NCBI GenBank assembly: GCA_043803945.1
Contig: JAZDJN010000054.1
Span: 108,945 to 172,944, forward strand
Direction: 5' to 3'
Source of the DNA: a bacterium
Lineage (GTDB): Bacteria; Bacteroidota; Ignavibacteria; UBA10030
Length of the DNA: 64,000 nucleotides
The notes under the pieces were generated by a model, which did not search any database, was not told the DNA's origin, and saw nothing but the letters and a program-made list of their open reading frames with translations. Position 1 is the first letter of the stretch, and each line of letters opens with the position of its first letter. Shown here one piece after another: positions 30,366 to 42,002 of this stretch. Made by a program: the position numbers and the translations under genes.

Positions 30366-30550
30366 ATTTCAAAATTGAATCTGTGCAATTACTATCCTGA
30401 CCTCGTCTTCCGATTTTTCCATTCAAAACATCCATTCTTGTCAGATTTGAAGGCACATTGTTGCGCGCAGATTCGAGTTGTTGATTCTCGCCTCCCTTTT
30501 CCTTAATTTTAATAATAAACTAAAGATTAGGTAGCTTGTTTGGAATTTCA

Positions 30551-31198
30551 ATGATTGATTTCCTTTTCATTTTTTTGGGTGGATACCTGTTGGGATCAAT
30601 CCCTACGGCATATCTTATCGTGAAATGGAAATCCAATATCGATATCCGTAATGCTGGCAGTGGTAATGTCGGTGGTTTTAATGCGTATGGAGTCACGGGC
30701 TCTGTCAATACCGGGATTCTGGTTGGTGTGCTGGATGGCCTGAAAGGATTAGCTGCTGTCCTCCTTTCACTTCTATTACCGGAACAATCATACTGGCTCT
30801 CAGCAGTTGTTTTGTTCGGTGCTATGATGGGTCATATATACCCAATTTGGCTTCAGTTTAAAGGGGGAAGAGGTCTTGCGACAACTGCTGGGGGGATGTT
30901 TATTCTCGGTTTTAGTTTCACACTCGTCTGGTGTATTATGTGGGTGATTGGTAGAGTCTTCAAGATGGAGATCGTCAACTCGAATCTGCTGGCGATCATC
31001 CTCACACCGATAATCCTCAATGTGTTACCGTGGAATTTTGTGTATCGTGGAATAGTATTAATCGTGCGTCCCGAGGAGTTTATACTTTTCTCCTGCATTA
31101 TCAGTGTTATTTTGGTCCTTGGTCACCGCGACGTCATAGTGAAGATATTTCAGAAATCAAATAAAATAGAAGAGAATACCATTAATAATTCCCTATGA
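30551..31198 (+). CDS. plsY: Second, divergent PlsY-family acyltransferase
   Basis: GSGNVGGFN, DGLK, FKGGRGLAT. Confidence 0.8.
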   Translation: MIDFLFIFLGGYLLGSIPTAYLIVKWKSNIDIRNAGSGNVGGFNAYGVTGSVNTGILVGVLDGLKGLAAVLLSLLLPEQSYWLSAVVLFGAMMGHIYPIWLQFKGGRGLATTAGGMFILGFSFTLVWCIMWVIGRVFKMEIVNSNLLAIILTPIILNVLPWNFVYRGIVLIVRPEEFILFSCIISVILVLGHRDVIVKIFQKSNKIEENTINNSL

Positions 31199-32418
31199 AC
31201 AATTACTATCTGAAAATATATCTTTCCATTGCCTTTTTACTTCTGCTCGGCATTGGAATCGGCTATATGATTAAGCCTTCATCTGCTGCAGTAGGTACTG
31301 CAATGGAGGCTGCACGGGAATTCGAAGAAGCATTCCCCAATGTGAAAAAGGCAGGTCTTGAAATTCAAGCTTCTCAGGATCAAGTTTCTCAATCCCGGCA
31401 GAACGCAATTACCCGGGCAGCGGCAAGGGTGAGTCCCGCCACTGTGGGAATCAATGTCACCGAAATACGGGAACAGCGTGGAGTATTTTCTGATAAAGAT
31501 ATCAGAAGATTCTTTGGCGATGATCCAACCTGGAAGCAATTTTTTGGGTCCCGCCAATATGAAGTAAAGAATCTTGGATCAGGAGTTATCATCTCGCCCG
31601 ATGGGTATATCGTCACCAATAACCATGTTGCCGGAAACGCCACAAAGATTACAGTAACTCTGGCCGGTGGAAAGCGCTATGAAGCAGATCTTATCGGTGC
31701 CGATCCTCTCTCCGATATTGCTTTGCTTAAGGTGAAAGCGACAGATTTGCCTTATGCAACGCTTGGAAATTCCGATGACCTGATCGTCGGTGAATGGACC
31801 ATCGCGTTAGGGAATCCCTTTGGTTTATTTGAAATTAATAAGGAGCCTACCGTAACAGTTGGGGTCGTTTCGTCACTTTCCATGAATCTTGGAAAACAGG
31901 GGGATGCCTATTACCGGGATATGATCGAGACAGATGCGGCCATCAACGGAGGGAACAGCGGCGGACCACTCGTTAATACCTTGGGTGAAGTCATTGGCAT
32001 TAATACCCTGATCTTTACCGGTGGAGTCAGTCAGGCGTTCGTCGGCTATGGATTTGCCATTCCCGTCTCCAAGGTGAAAAAAATTGTGGCACAATTGAAA
32101 CGAACTGGCAAAGTAGAAAAGGAGATCTGGTTCGGCTTTGAAGCGCAACAGGTTGATGCTCGAGTAGCACGCTACTTCGGTCTCTCTCGTGTCGAAGGGA
32201 TCATCGCCAGTGAAGTTTATCAAAATAGTCCTGCGGATAAAGCTCGCATCAAAGTGGGAGATATTATTCTGGAGATTAACGGTCAGAAGGTGAATAATGA
32301 AGATGACTTGATCGGACTTCTTCTCGATGCTGAACCCGGCGACCTCTGGAAATTGAAGATATTTCGGGAAAAGAAAATGATTGATATCGATCTGAAACTG
32401 GAACGTCAGAAAAAATAG
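31195..32418 (+). CDS. HtrA/DegP-family serine protease with a PDZ domain
   Basis: TNNHV, DIAL, GNSGGPL catalytic triad; single PDZ. Confidence 0.93.
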   Translation: MNNYYLKIYLSIAFLLLLGIGIGYMIKPSSAAVGTAMEAAREFEEAFPNVKKAGLEIQASQDQVSQSRQNAITRAAARVSPATVGINVTEIREQRGVFSDKDIRRFFGDDPTWKQFFGSRQYEVKNLGSGVIISPDGYIVTNNHVAGNATKITVTLAGGKRYEADLIGADPLSDIALLKVKATDLPYATLGNSDDLIVGEWTIALGNPFGLFEINKEPTVTVGVVSSLSMNLGKQGDAYYRDMIETDAAINGGNSGGPLVNTLGEVIGINTLIFTGGVSQAFVGYGFAIPVSKVKKIVAQLKRTGKVEKEIWFGFEAQQVDARVARYFGLSRVEGIIASEVYQNSPADKARIKVGDIILEINGQKVNNEDDLIGLLLDAEPGDLWKLKIFREKKMIDIDLKLERQKK

Positions 32419-32427
32419 GAAACCAAC

Positions 32428-33723
32428 GTGATCGAACGCTATACCCGCCCCGAGATGGGGAAAATTTGGGAAGATGAGAATAAGTATCGAATCTGGCTTG
32501 AGATCGAAATTCTTGCATGTGAAGCACAGGCGGAATTGGGCGTTATTCCTAAAGAAGCCGTGGAAGTCATTCGCCGGAAAGCTCAGTTTAATGTCAATCG
32601 AATCCTTGAGATCGAAAACGAAGTGAAGCATGATGTCATCGCTTTTCTGACAAATGTGGGCGAGGCTATCGGGCCTGAATCAAGATTTATTCATGTGGGA
32701 ATGACATCATCGGACATTCTCGATACCTGCCTTGCGGTTCAAATGAAGCAGTCGGGTGAACTACTCCTGAAAGGTTTAGAGAAACTGAGGGATGTGCTTG
32801 CGCTTCGTGCCAAGGAATTTAAATATACCTTGACAATCGGGAGAACGCACGGCATTCATGCAGAGCCGACAACCTTTGGATTGAAACTTGCACTATGGTT
32901 TGCGGAAACCGTTCGAAATATCACCCGAATGAAGAGCGCATTACAGACCATCTCTGTCGGCCAGATTTCCGGGGCGGTCGGAACCTATGCACATCTCGAT
33001 CCTTTTATCGAACGCTATGTTTGTGAAAAGCTTAGACTTACTCCGGCTCCCGTTTCGACTCAGGTTTTACAGAGAGACAGACATGCGGAATTTTTAACAA
33101 CAATCGCTCTCTGTGGTTGCTCACTTGAGAAATTTGCCACTGAGATCCGCCATCTGCAAAAAACAGAGGTACTTGAAGCTGAGGAATTTTTTTCGAAAGG
33201 GCAGAAAGGTTCCTCAGCGATGCCGCATAAGAGGAACCCTATAGCTTGTGAACGAATTGCAGGGCTCTCCAGAGTCCTTCGGGGTAACGCACTTGCCGCT
33301 ATGGAGAATGTCGCGTTATGGCACGAGCGTGATATAACACACTCTTCAGTGGAGAGAGTCATCCTTCCCGATAGCTGCATTGTACTGGATTATGTGATGG
33401 CACAATTTATAAAAATTGTTGGACAGCTCCTGGTCTATCCTGACACTATGCTTGCCAATATCCAGAAGACCAATGGACTGATCTTTTCTCAGGACATTCT
33501 CTTGGCTCTGACTGAAAAGGGAATGAAAAGGGAGGAAGCGTATCGAATTGTTCAGGAACAGGCAATGCTGGTCTGGAGTGAAAAAAAGAATTTTAAGGAA
33601 CTTCTCCTCTCAACAAAAGAGGTAACGGACTGCCTGACGAAAAAAGAAATTGAGGATCATTTTGATCTTCAGCGAAGTATCAAGCATGTTGATTATATCT
33701 TCAAACAGGTTGGACTTGAGTAA
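32428..33723 (+). CDS. purB: Adenylosuccinate lyase
   Basis: [14 protein letters not shown]. Confidence 0.97.
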   Translation: MIERYTRPEMGKIWEDENKYRIWLEIEILACEAQAELGVIPKEAVEVIRRKAQFNVNRILEIENEVKHDVIAFLTNVGEAIGPESRFIHVGMTSSDILDTCLAVQMKQSGELLLKGLEKLRDVLALRAKEFKYTLTIGRTHGIHAEPTTFGLKLALWFAETVRNITRMKSALQTISVGQISGAVGTYAHLDPFIERYVCEKLRLTPAPVSTQVLQRDRHAEFLTTIALCGCSLEKFATEIRHLQKTEVLEAEEFFSKGQKGSSAMPHKRNPIACERIAGLSRVLRGNALAAMENVALWHERDITHSSVERVILPDSCIVLDYVMAQFIKIVGQLLVYPDTMLANIQKTNGLIFSQDILLALTEKGMKREEAYRIVQEQAMLVWSEKKNFKELLLSTKEVTDCLTKKEIEDHFDLQRSIKHVDYIFKQVGLE

Positions 33724-33867
33724 ACAGGAACAGTGAGAGAGACCGTGATTGGAAGGCCATATATACTATCACTGTATGAACACCAGGAGTTCTTTTGAAA
33801 TGATTGGTTGTTGCTCCCTCACAGAAAAAAAAGCAACCATCAACACAAAAGAAAATGAAGGTGAGTC

Positions 33868-35289
33868 ATGTCCAATACAATAATTGTAGAGAAAGAACAC
33901 ATCGCAAGCCGCACGCCCGACCATGAGGTTTTGCGCCACGCAAAGCCAACCACAAAAAATCCAGTTAAGATTTTACCAACTGAAGTTCACTCAGTTCTTG
34001 CCAGGCATATGCTCGCGGATGGGTTCGACCTCGTGGTTGATTTGAAGCGAAGCAAGGGATCGTACCTTTTCGATTCTCGTTATAACAAAAAGTATCTCGA
34101 TTTTTTTACCTTCTTCGCATCGGGAGCCATCGGAATGAACCATCCCAAGCTGACCACTCCTGAATTTCTCGAAAAGCTCGGAATGATCGCTGTTAATAAA
34201 CCTTCGAACTCTGATGCGTATACCGTTGAGATGGCAGAGTTCGTAGAAACCTTTACCCAGATTGCGACACCGGAATATTTTTCTTATGTCTTTTACATTG
34301 ACGGTGGAGCGTTGGCGGTTGAGAATGCATTAAAGACTGCCTTCGACTGGAAAGTGCGAAAAAACTTTCAAAAGGGGTACACGGAAGAGCGCGGTCATCA
34401 AATCATTCATTTTCGCCGCGCATTTCATGGCCGGAGTGGCTATACGCTCTCGTTGACCAATACGGATCCAACCAAAACCAACTATTTCCCGAAATTTAAA
34501 TGGCCCCGCGTCCATAACCCTGTTATGAAATTTCCGCTCAATTATAAGAATATTGAGCAGGTGATGAAAGAGGAGGAGATCTCCCTCCAGCAAATCAAAC
34601 AGGCGATTATCAATTATCCTGATGATATCGCTGCAATCATTATCGAACCGATTCAGTGTGAGGGGGGGGATAATCATTTTCGGAAGGAATTTCTTGTCCA
34701 ACTTCGCACGATCTGTAACGAGAACGAAATTCTTCTCATCTTCGACGAAGTTCAAACCGGTGTCGGAATGACAGGTAAAATGTGGGCACATCAGCATTTT
34801 GTGCAGCCCGATTTGATGACCTTTGGGAAGAAAACTCAGATCTGTGGATTTATGAGCTCGAAACGGATTGATGACGTGCTGGAGAATGTATTCCACAAAG
34901 CGAGCCGGATCAACTCCACCTTCGGCGGAAATCTTGTCGACATGGTTAGATTTAAGAGGGTTCTTGAGGTGATTGAGGAAGAACGGTTGGTGGAGAATGC
35001 TGCCAAGGTAGGAGCTCATCTCCTGAAACATCTTGAAAGACTCGAGGTGGAATACCCGCAACTATTATCCAATGCTCGGGGCCGCGGTTTACTCTGTGCC
35101 TTCGATCTCGATTCAGCACAAAACCGCGATCAGCTTCGCACAAAGGCCTATGAGGAAGGATTAATTCTCATAGGTTGCGGCGATCGGTCCATCCGATTCA
35201 GACCGCCATTGAATATTTCCGAATCGGAGATTAATGAAGGAATTGCAATCATACAAAAAGCGTTAAAGGAGATAGAAGAAGGGGAGTAA
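33868..35289 (+). CDS. lat: L-lysine 6-transaminase
   Basis: Class III aminotransferase: GALAVENALK, FHGRSGY, DEVQTG, FGKK, RINSTFGG. Confidence 0.88.
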   Translation: MSNTIIVEKEHIASRTPDHEVLRHAKPTTKNPVKILPTEVHSVLARHMLADGFDLVVDLKRSKGSYLFDSRYNKKYLDFFTFFASGAIGMNHPKLTTPEFLEKLGMIAVNKPSNSDAYTVEMAEFVETFTQIATPEYFSYVFYIDGGALAVENALKTAFDWKVRKNFQKGYTEERGHQIIHFRRAFHGRSGYTLSLTNTDPTKTNYFPKFKWPRVHNPVMKFPLNYKNIEQVMKEEEISLQQIKQAIINYPDDIAAIIIEPIQCEGGDNHFRKEFLVQLRTICNENEILLIFDEVQTGVGMTGKMWAHQHFVQPDLMTFGKKTQICGFMSSKRIDDVLENVFHKASRINSTFGGNLVDMVRFKRVLEVIEEERLVENAAKVGAHLLKHLERLEVEYPQLLSNARGRGLLCAFDLDSAQNRDQLRTKAYEEGLILIGCGDRSIRFRPPLNISESEINEGIAIIQKALKEIEEGE

Positions 35290-35325
35290 CAATATTCTCA
35301 TTTTTATATTGAAGAAGGAGAACTG

Positions 35326-36171
35326 GTGGAAACTGCGGGTCGGGAATCTGCTCAAGAATTGGCACTCAATATGGAGTTTGTACATTACCTTCTGGTGAAA
35401 TTCATCGCAGATGAGATTACCAATACTGGATTCAACAAAGGTGTTATCGGTGTCTCTGGTGGAGTGGATTCTGCTGTGAGTGCTTCTCTTACGGCTGAGG
35501 CGTTGGGTAAGGAGAATACAATCGGTATATTGATGCCGTACAAAACAAGCAGCCCAAAGAGTGTCGAAGATGCACTCGCGCTGATAGAGAAACTGGGTAT
35601 TACTCATCAGGTTCTCGATATCTCACCAATGGTGGATGCCTATTGTGATCAGCACGATGTGAAGGACCCAATGCGCATAGGCAATATTATGGCTCGCATG
35701 CGAATGATTCTACTGTACGATATTTCTGCCCGCGAGAAGGCTCTGGTCATCGGGACAAGCAATAAGACAGAGTTAATGGTTGGGTATGGAACACTCTTCG
35801 GAGATACTGCATCAGCGATCAATCCTCTGGGAGATTTATACAAGACGCAAGTATGGCAGCTTGCTGAAGCATTGGGAGTTCCGGAAGGGATTATCAAAAA
35901 GCATCCAACGGCTGATCTCTGGGAAGGGCAAACGGATGAAGGCGAAATAGGAATCAGCTATTCGATACTTGATAAAATCCTCTATCAGATTGTTGATGAA
36001 CGAAGGATCGATGAGGAAATAAAAGAAGCAGGCTGCGATATGACGGTTGTTTCGAAAATTCGAAGAATGATACAGACAAGCCAATTCAAACGACGGATGC
36101 CGCTTATCGCAAAAGTTTCGTATCGCACCATAAATGTCGATTTCCGTTATGTAAGAGACTGGGGGATTTAG
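35326..36171 (+). CDS. nadE: NH3-dependent NAD+ synthetase
   Basis: SGGVDS, GTSNKTE, PTADL, QTDE. Confidence 0.95.
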   Translation: METAGRESAQELALNMEFVHYLLVKFIADEITNTGFNKGVIGVSGGVDSAVSASLTAEALGKENTIGILMPYKTSSPKSVEDALALIEKLGITHQVLDISPMVDAYCDQHDVKDPMRIGNIMARMRMILLYDISAREKALVIGTSNKTELMVGYGTLFGDTASAINPLGDLYKTQVWQLAEALGVPEGIIKKHPTADLWEGQTDEGEIGISYSILDKILYQIVDERRIDEEIKEAGCDMTVVSKIRRMIQTSQFKRRMPLIAKVSYRTINVDFRYVRDWGI

Positions 36172-36181
36172 GAAGAATGAG

Positions 36182-36229
36182 AACCTTCCGAAGGTCTCTC
36201 TGAATTACCTTTGAAACCTTTGGAAGGTT
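36182..36229. repeat. Inverted pair of short palindromes (REP-like doublet)
   Basis: AACCTTCCGAAGGT ... AACCTTTGGAAGGTT. Confidence 0.65.
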
Positions 36230-36242
36230 ACACGAGAAACCC

Positions 36243-36932
36243 ATGCCTGAAGAAATACAAAAAGGGACACTTTATCTCGTCGCCACTCCAATAGGTAATA
36301 TGGAGGACATCACCTATCGTGCCGTTAAGATTCTTTCTTCTGTAGACCTGATCGCGGCTGAAGACACACGAACGACAAAAGTGTTACTCGATCATTACAA
36401 TATCAGCAAGCCGATGTTGAGCTACTTCAGCTATAATGAGAAGCAGCGCACACCTCAACTCATTGAACGGCTGAAAGAAGGGGCTTCCATTGCTTTAGTT
36501 TCCGATGCGGGGACACCCGGAATTTCAGATCCAGCCTTTCACATTGTCAGAGTTGCACTCGAGCACTTAATTCCAATCATACCAATTCCCGGTCCAACTG
36601 CATTTGTCGCCGCTCTGATTGTCAGCGGACTTGCAACAGAAAGTTTTGTGTTTGAAGGCTTCCCCCCTGTGAAGAAGGGAAGAAAGACATTGTTTGAGCG
36701 CCTGCAGCACGAATCTCGGACCATTGTGATCTATGAATCTTCACATCGCATTCAAAAGACCCTCAGAGAGATTAATCAATACTGGGGCAATAGGCGCGTA
36801 GTAGTAGCTCGCGAACTTACAAAAAAGTTCGAAGAAGTCATTCGTGGTTCGCTCTCTGAAGTACTCCCCCTAATTGAATTAAAGACACCGAAAGGGGAGT
36901 ATGTTGTGGTTGTGGAAGGGAAAAAGAGATAA
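36243..36932 (+). CDS. rsmI: 16S rRNA C1402 2'-O-methyltransferase
   Basis: LYLVATPIGN, AEDTR, SDAGTPGISDP, RELTK. Confidence 0.96.
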   Translation: MPEEIQKGTLYLVATPIGNMEDITYRAVKILSSVDLIAAEDTRTTKVLLDHYNISKPMLSYFSYNEKQRTPQLIERLKEGASIALVSDAGTPGISDPAFHIVRVALEHLIPIIPIPGPTAFVAALIVSGLATESFVFEGFPPVKKGRKTLFERLQHESRTIVIYESSHRIQKTLREINQYWGNRRVVVARELTKKFEEVIRGSLSEVLPLIELKTPKGEYVVVVEGKKR

Positions 36933-37005
36933 AAGTCTATCTTCTAAGAGTGATTAATTTTTGTAAGAAGACAGACTTCTTCAACCATCGTCATGTGTCA
37001 TCCAT

Positions 37006-37058
37006 TGCAGGACGATTCGCTGTATCGTCCAATAGGCGAGACAGCATATAGCCCTACA
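37006..37058. repeat. Degenerate GTAG-type REP doublet
   Basis: tGCAG-GACGATtcgctgtATCGTCC ... GGCGAGAC...GCCCTACA. Confidence 0.5.
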
Positions 37059-37139
37059 AGTTTTAATGTTCGGCGATTTGGAAAATCATCTCTAAATGGC
37101 GATATGACATATTGCCCTGCACTTCTCAAAAGAATCCTC

Positions 37140-37168
37140 TTGACAAATCCTGTATCTTATCGTATATT
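37140..37168 (+). promoter_or_regulatory. Sigma70 promoter of groES-groEL
   Basis: TTGACA-N17-TATATT. Confidence 0.85.
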
Positions 37169-37193
37169 AGCACTCACATCAAGAGAGTGCTAA
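37167..37193 (+). promoter_or_regulatory. CIRCE operator (HrcA site)
   Basis: Perfect TTAGCACTC-N9-GAGTGCTAA. Confidence 0.97.
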
Positions 37194-37249
37194 TCACTCA
37201 TCAATCTTGCAATTTATTACAAATCAACAACTTATAGGAGATAACGTCT

Positions 37250-37543
37250 ATGGCAACACTCAAGCCTCTGGCAGATCGAGTCGTAGTAAAGCCATCAAAG
37301 GCCGAGGAAATGACAAAGGGCGGAATTATCGTTCCTGATACAGCAAAAGAGAAACCCGTTTGGGGTGAAGTGATCGCTGTTGGCCCAGGAAGAACCTCAG
37401 ATGATGGTAAGCTCATTACTCCCGAAATAAAAGTCGGCGACAGAGTTCTCTACGGAAAATACTCCGGAACCGAAGTTACTGTCGATGCAGAAGAGCTTCT
37501 CATTATGCGTGAGAGTGATATTTTCGCAATAATGCCCAAGTAA
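37250..37543 (+). CDS. groES: Co-chaperonin GroES
   Basis: [23 protein letters not shown]. Confidence 0.98.
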   Translation: MATLKPLADRVVVKPSKAEEMTKGGIIVPDTAKEKPVWGEVIAVGPGRTSDDGKLITPEIKVGDRVLYGKYSGTEVTVDAEELLIMRESDIFAIMPK

Positions 37544-39208
<1,665 letters not shown>

Positions 39209-39233
39209 CCTCAGGCTGTTGTTCCTTTTTAAT

Positions 39234-39269
39234 GCCCTTCAGAATGAATATTCTGAGGGGCTTTTTTTT
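39234..39269 (+). terminator. Rho-independent terminator
   Basis: GCCCTTCAGAAT...ATTCTGAGGGGC followed by T8. Confidence 0.9.
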
Positions 39270-39395
39270 GCTTGACAACAAGAATGGAATTGTATAGTTT
39301 TCGATAGCGTTTCAGTGGTCATCGACAATGACACTGACTACCGCACCAAGCACCATTAACCACCACATCCAATATCATTCACGGGAGGATTTATC

Positions 39396-39614
39396 ATGGA
39401 TGCACTATTCAGTAAGTCGGTAAAGTCCGGCAAGATCACCTATTTCTTCGATGTCAGGGAAGCAAAGAATCAGAAGAAATATTTGACCATCACAGCGAGT
39501 CAACCTGCCGGCACGGCTGATGCAAAATTCACGAAGCGCAGCATTAATGTATTCAGCGATGCAGTGGATAAATTCGCTGAAGCGTTGACCGATGCTGTGG
39601 GGAATATGAAGTAA
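39396..39614 (+). CDS. PUR-domain DNA/RNA-binding protein (DUF3276 family)
   Basis: FSKSVKSGKITYFFDV...YLTIT; 72 aa; SD GGAGG. Confidence 0.85.
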   Translation: MDALFSKSVKSGKITYFFDVREAKNQKKYLTITASQPAGTADAKFTKRSINVFSDAVDKFAEALTDAVGNMK

Positions 39615-39631
39615 TCAATCGTCACCGTTCC

Positions 39632-39673
39632 AGAGCCCCCCGGGAACTGCACAGTAATCCGGGGGCTCTTTCT
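39632..39673 (+). terminator. Rho-independent terminator
   Basis: AGAGCCCCC...GGGGGCTCTTTCT. Confidence 0.75.
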
Positions 39674-39745
39674 GTCTGCCTCACGGCGCTCCTCTTCAAA
39701 CCAATCTTGCTTGTACTTCCTTATTTCTCTACATTATTTTTAAGA

Positions 39746-41635
39746 ATGAAGATCCCCCAGGAAAAAATAGAAGAAATTCGATCGGCGATCGATATCGTCG
39801 ATGTTGTTGGCCTCCACGTTCATCTTAAGAAACGGGGTAAAAGCTTCACCGGCCTTTGCCCATTCCATCAGGAAAAGACACCCTCCTTTACGGTGAGCCA
39901 GGAGAAACAGGTCTACCATTGCTTTGGCTGTGGGAAGGGGGGCAATCTCTTTACCTTTGTGATGGAGATCGAGAAAATCTCTTTTACTGAGGCCGTCCGT
40001 TCGCTCGCTGAAAAAGCTGGTATCCATGTTGTCTATTCCGACGTCGACGAACAGCAAAGCGAGATTGAGGCACTTTCCAATGTCCTTCGATATGCAGGAT
40101 TAGAGTTCCACCATAACCTCATGAAGACTGAGGAGGGGAAGGAAGCGCTCACGTATTTTCATCAACGCCAGTTTACCGATGATACAATAAGGACATTCGG
40201 ACTTGGGTATTCGCTCCAAAGCTGGGACTCGTTATTGAGCCGTGCAACAAGCGAAGGATTCAGCAGAGAGCAACTTTTAAAAGCAGGATTGGTCCGGAAG
40301 CGTGAGGATGGTTCGGAGTACGATTATTTCCGCGGTCGGGCGATGTTCCCGATCCTTTCAACGAGCGGACGCATCGTCGGTTTTGGTGCACGAAAACTAC
40401 GGGAAGACGATCCCCTCGGGAAATATATCAACTCTCCTGAGACACCGGTCTATAATAAAAGTAAAATTCTCTACGGACTGTTTCATTCAAAAGATGCCAT
40501 TCGTTCGGAAGAGCATGCATTACTCGTTGAGGGTTACGCAGATCTTATTTCATTGTACCAGGCAGGCATCCACAATGTTGTCGCATCGAGCGGAACAGCG
40601 TTGACGGAAGAACAAATTCAAGTGATTGCCCGGTATACAAAGAAATTGTTTTTAGTCTACGACGCAGATTCAGCCGGATCAAATGCGACGCTTCGCGGAA
40701 TGGATCTGGCGCTAGCAAAAGATTTGGATGTGAGTGTGGTGCAACTGCCAGAAGGAGAAGATCCGGATTCATTTATCAAGAAGTATAGTGGAAAGGAATT
40801 CCGTCAACTGCAGGAGAGAGCAAGCTCAATGATCGACTTCAAGGCCGGTCAATTTGCTCGCTCGGGTGCTTTTCAATCTCCAGAAGGCAAAGCCGAGGCA
40901 GTACGCAGTATCGTAAAGACGATTGCGCTCATTCCTGATGAATTGAAACGCAACTTTTTTATTAAAGATGTCTCAGCGAAGTATGACATTTACGAATCTG
41001 TTCTTCATCGTGAACTCGAGCGCTGGATAGCAAAAGGAAAAGGTGTCTCCTCAAAAGGATTTCTTCGGGAGAGAGCCTCGATAACCCCGGATCGAAGTGT
41101 TCGAACAACTTCCGGTTCATCTCAACCTCTGGATGCGAACGCACCGATTCCTGCCGCTGAAAGGGATCTGCTGAAATTGCTGCTTGAAGACCAGGCCGAG
41201 ATCATTCAGTTCCTATTCTCTCATCTCACCTTATCCGACATTTCAAATGCTCAAATTCATTCTGCTGTCGGGATGATCCTTGATCGCCTGGATGAAGGAA
41301 ACCCTTCTCAGTTTGCTGATTGGGTTCAGAGCGTTACCGATGAAAGTCTTAAAACCATTCTAACCGATATCGCTCTGAGCCGCTATGAACTCAGCAAAAA
41401 ATGGCATACGGAAAACCTGGACTTTGGTGAGGCGGATCCATGGGAGATTGCTCGCGGTGTCATTGTGACATTGAAAAAGCAAGCTGTGCAGAAGGAAGTC
41501 GAATCCAATCAAAGGAGAATGAGAGAGGCAACGAAAAAGGGTGAAGATGTAATGGAATATGTGCAGGCCCATCAGGAATTGCTGAATATTCTCCGATCCA
41601 TTGAGGATGGTAAATTATTCGAGACAACAAAATGA
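39746..41635 (+). CDS. dnaG: DNA primase
   Basis: CPFH...CFGC zinc finger, KYINSPET, EGYAD, YDAD TOPRIM. Confidence 0.97.
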   Translation: MKIPQEKIEEIRSAIDIVDVVGLHVHLKKRGKSFTGLCPFHQEKTPSFTVSQEKQVYHCFGCGKGGNLFTFVMEIEKISFTEAVRSLAEKAGIHVVYSDVDEQQSEIEALSNVLRYAGLEFHHNLMKTEEGKEALTYFHQRQFTDDTIRTFGLGYSLQSWDSLLSRATSEGFSREQLLKAGLVRKREDGSEYDYFRGRAMFPILSTSGRIVGFGARKLREDDPLGKYINSPETPVYNKSKILYGLFHSKDAIRSEEHALLVEGYADLISLYQAGIHNVVASSGTALTEEQIQVIARYTKKLFLVYDADSAGSNATLRGMDLALAKDLDVSVVQLPEGEDPDSFIKKYSGKEFRQLQERASSMIDFKAGQFARSGAFQSPEGKAEAVRSIVKTIALIPDELKRNFFIKDVSAKYDIYESVLHRELERWIAKGKGVSSKGFLRERASITPDRSVRTTSGSSQPLDANAPIPAAERDLLKLLLEDQAEIIQFLFSHLTLSDISNAQIHSAVGMILDRLDEGNPSQFADWVQSVTDESLKTILTDIALSRYELSKKWHTENLDFGEADPWEIARGVIVTLKKQAVQKEVESNQRRMREATKKGEDVMEYVQAHQELLNILRSIEDGKLFETTK

Positions 41636-41736
41636 CTTTGCAGTTGAAACCGAAAACTGCTCTGAAGTGTTTTAAAAAGTGATCCAATGACCCAATGTTT
41701 CTATCGTTCAAATAACATCACAATTTGGAGTGAGAA

Positions 41737-41991
41737 GTGCAGCGAACTACTCCTTTAATGATTCATATCGTTCCCGGTAAATGCGATTATTGCGGTTGTT
41801 GTGTTGGTGTGTGCCCAGAGGATGCCATCGAGTTAATGGAGTCTTCTATCCGGATCATTGATGAACGGTGCACGAACTGCAGCAAATGCGTTTGGGCTTG
41901 TCCCTGGGAAGTCATCGAATTTCACCGGGAAGGAATTACGCATCTTCCGAAAGAGGTCATTCTTGAACAACAAGCACCTCCTTCATTCTAA
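41737..41991 (+). CDS. 2x[4Fe-4S] ferredoxin
   Basis: CDYCGCCVGVCP and CTNCSKCVWACP. Confidence 0.9.
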   Translation: MQRTTPLMIHIVPGKCDYCGCCVGVCPEDAIELMESSIRIIDERCTNCSKCVWACPWEVIEFHREGITHLPKEVILEQQAPPSF

Positions 41992-42002
41992 GAGGAGCAT
42001 GG

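Noticed and set aside
33724-33867. Lysine riboswitch before lat
   Set aside because: The gap is too short and no L-box consensus is visible.
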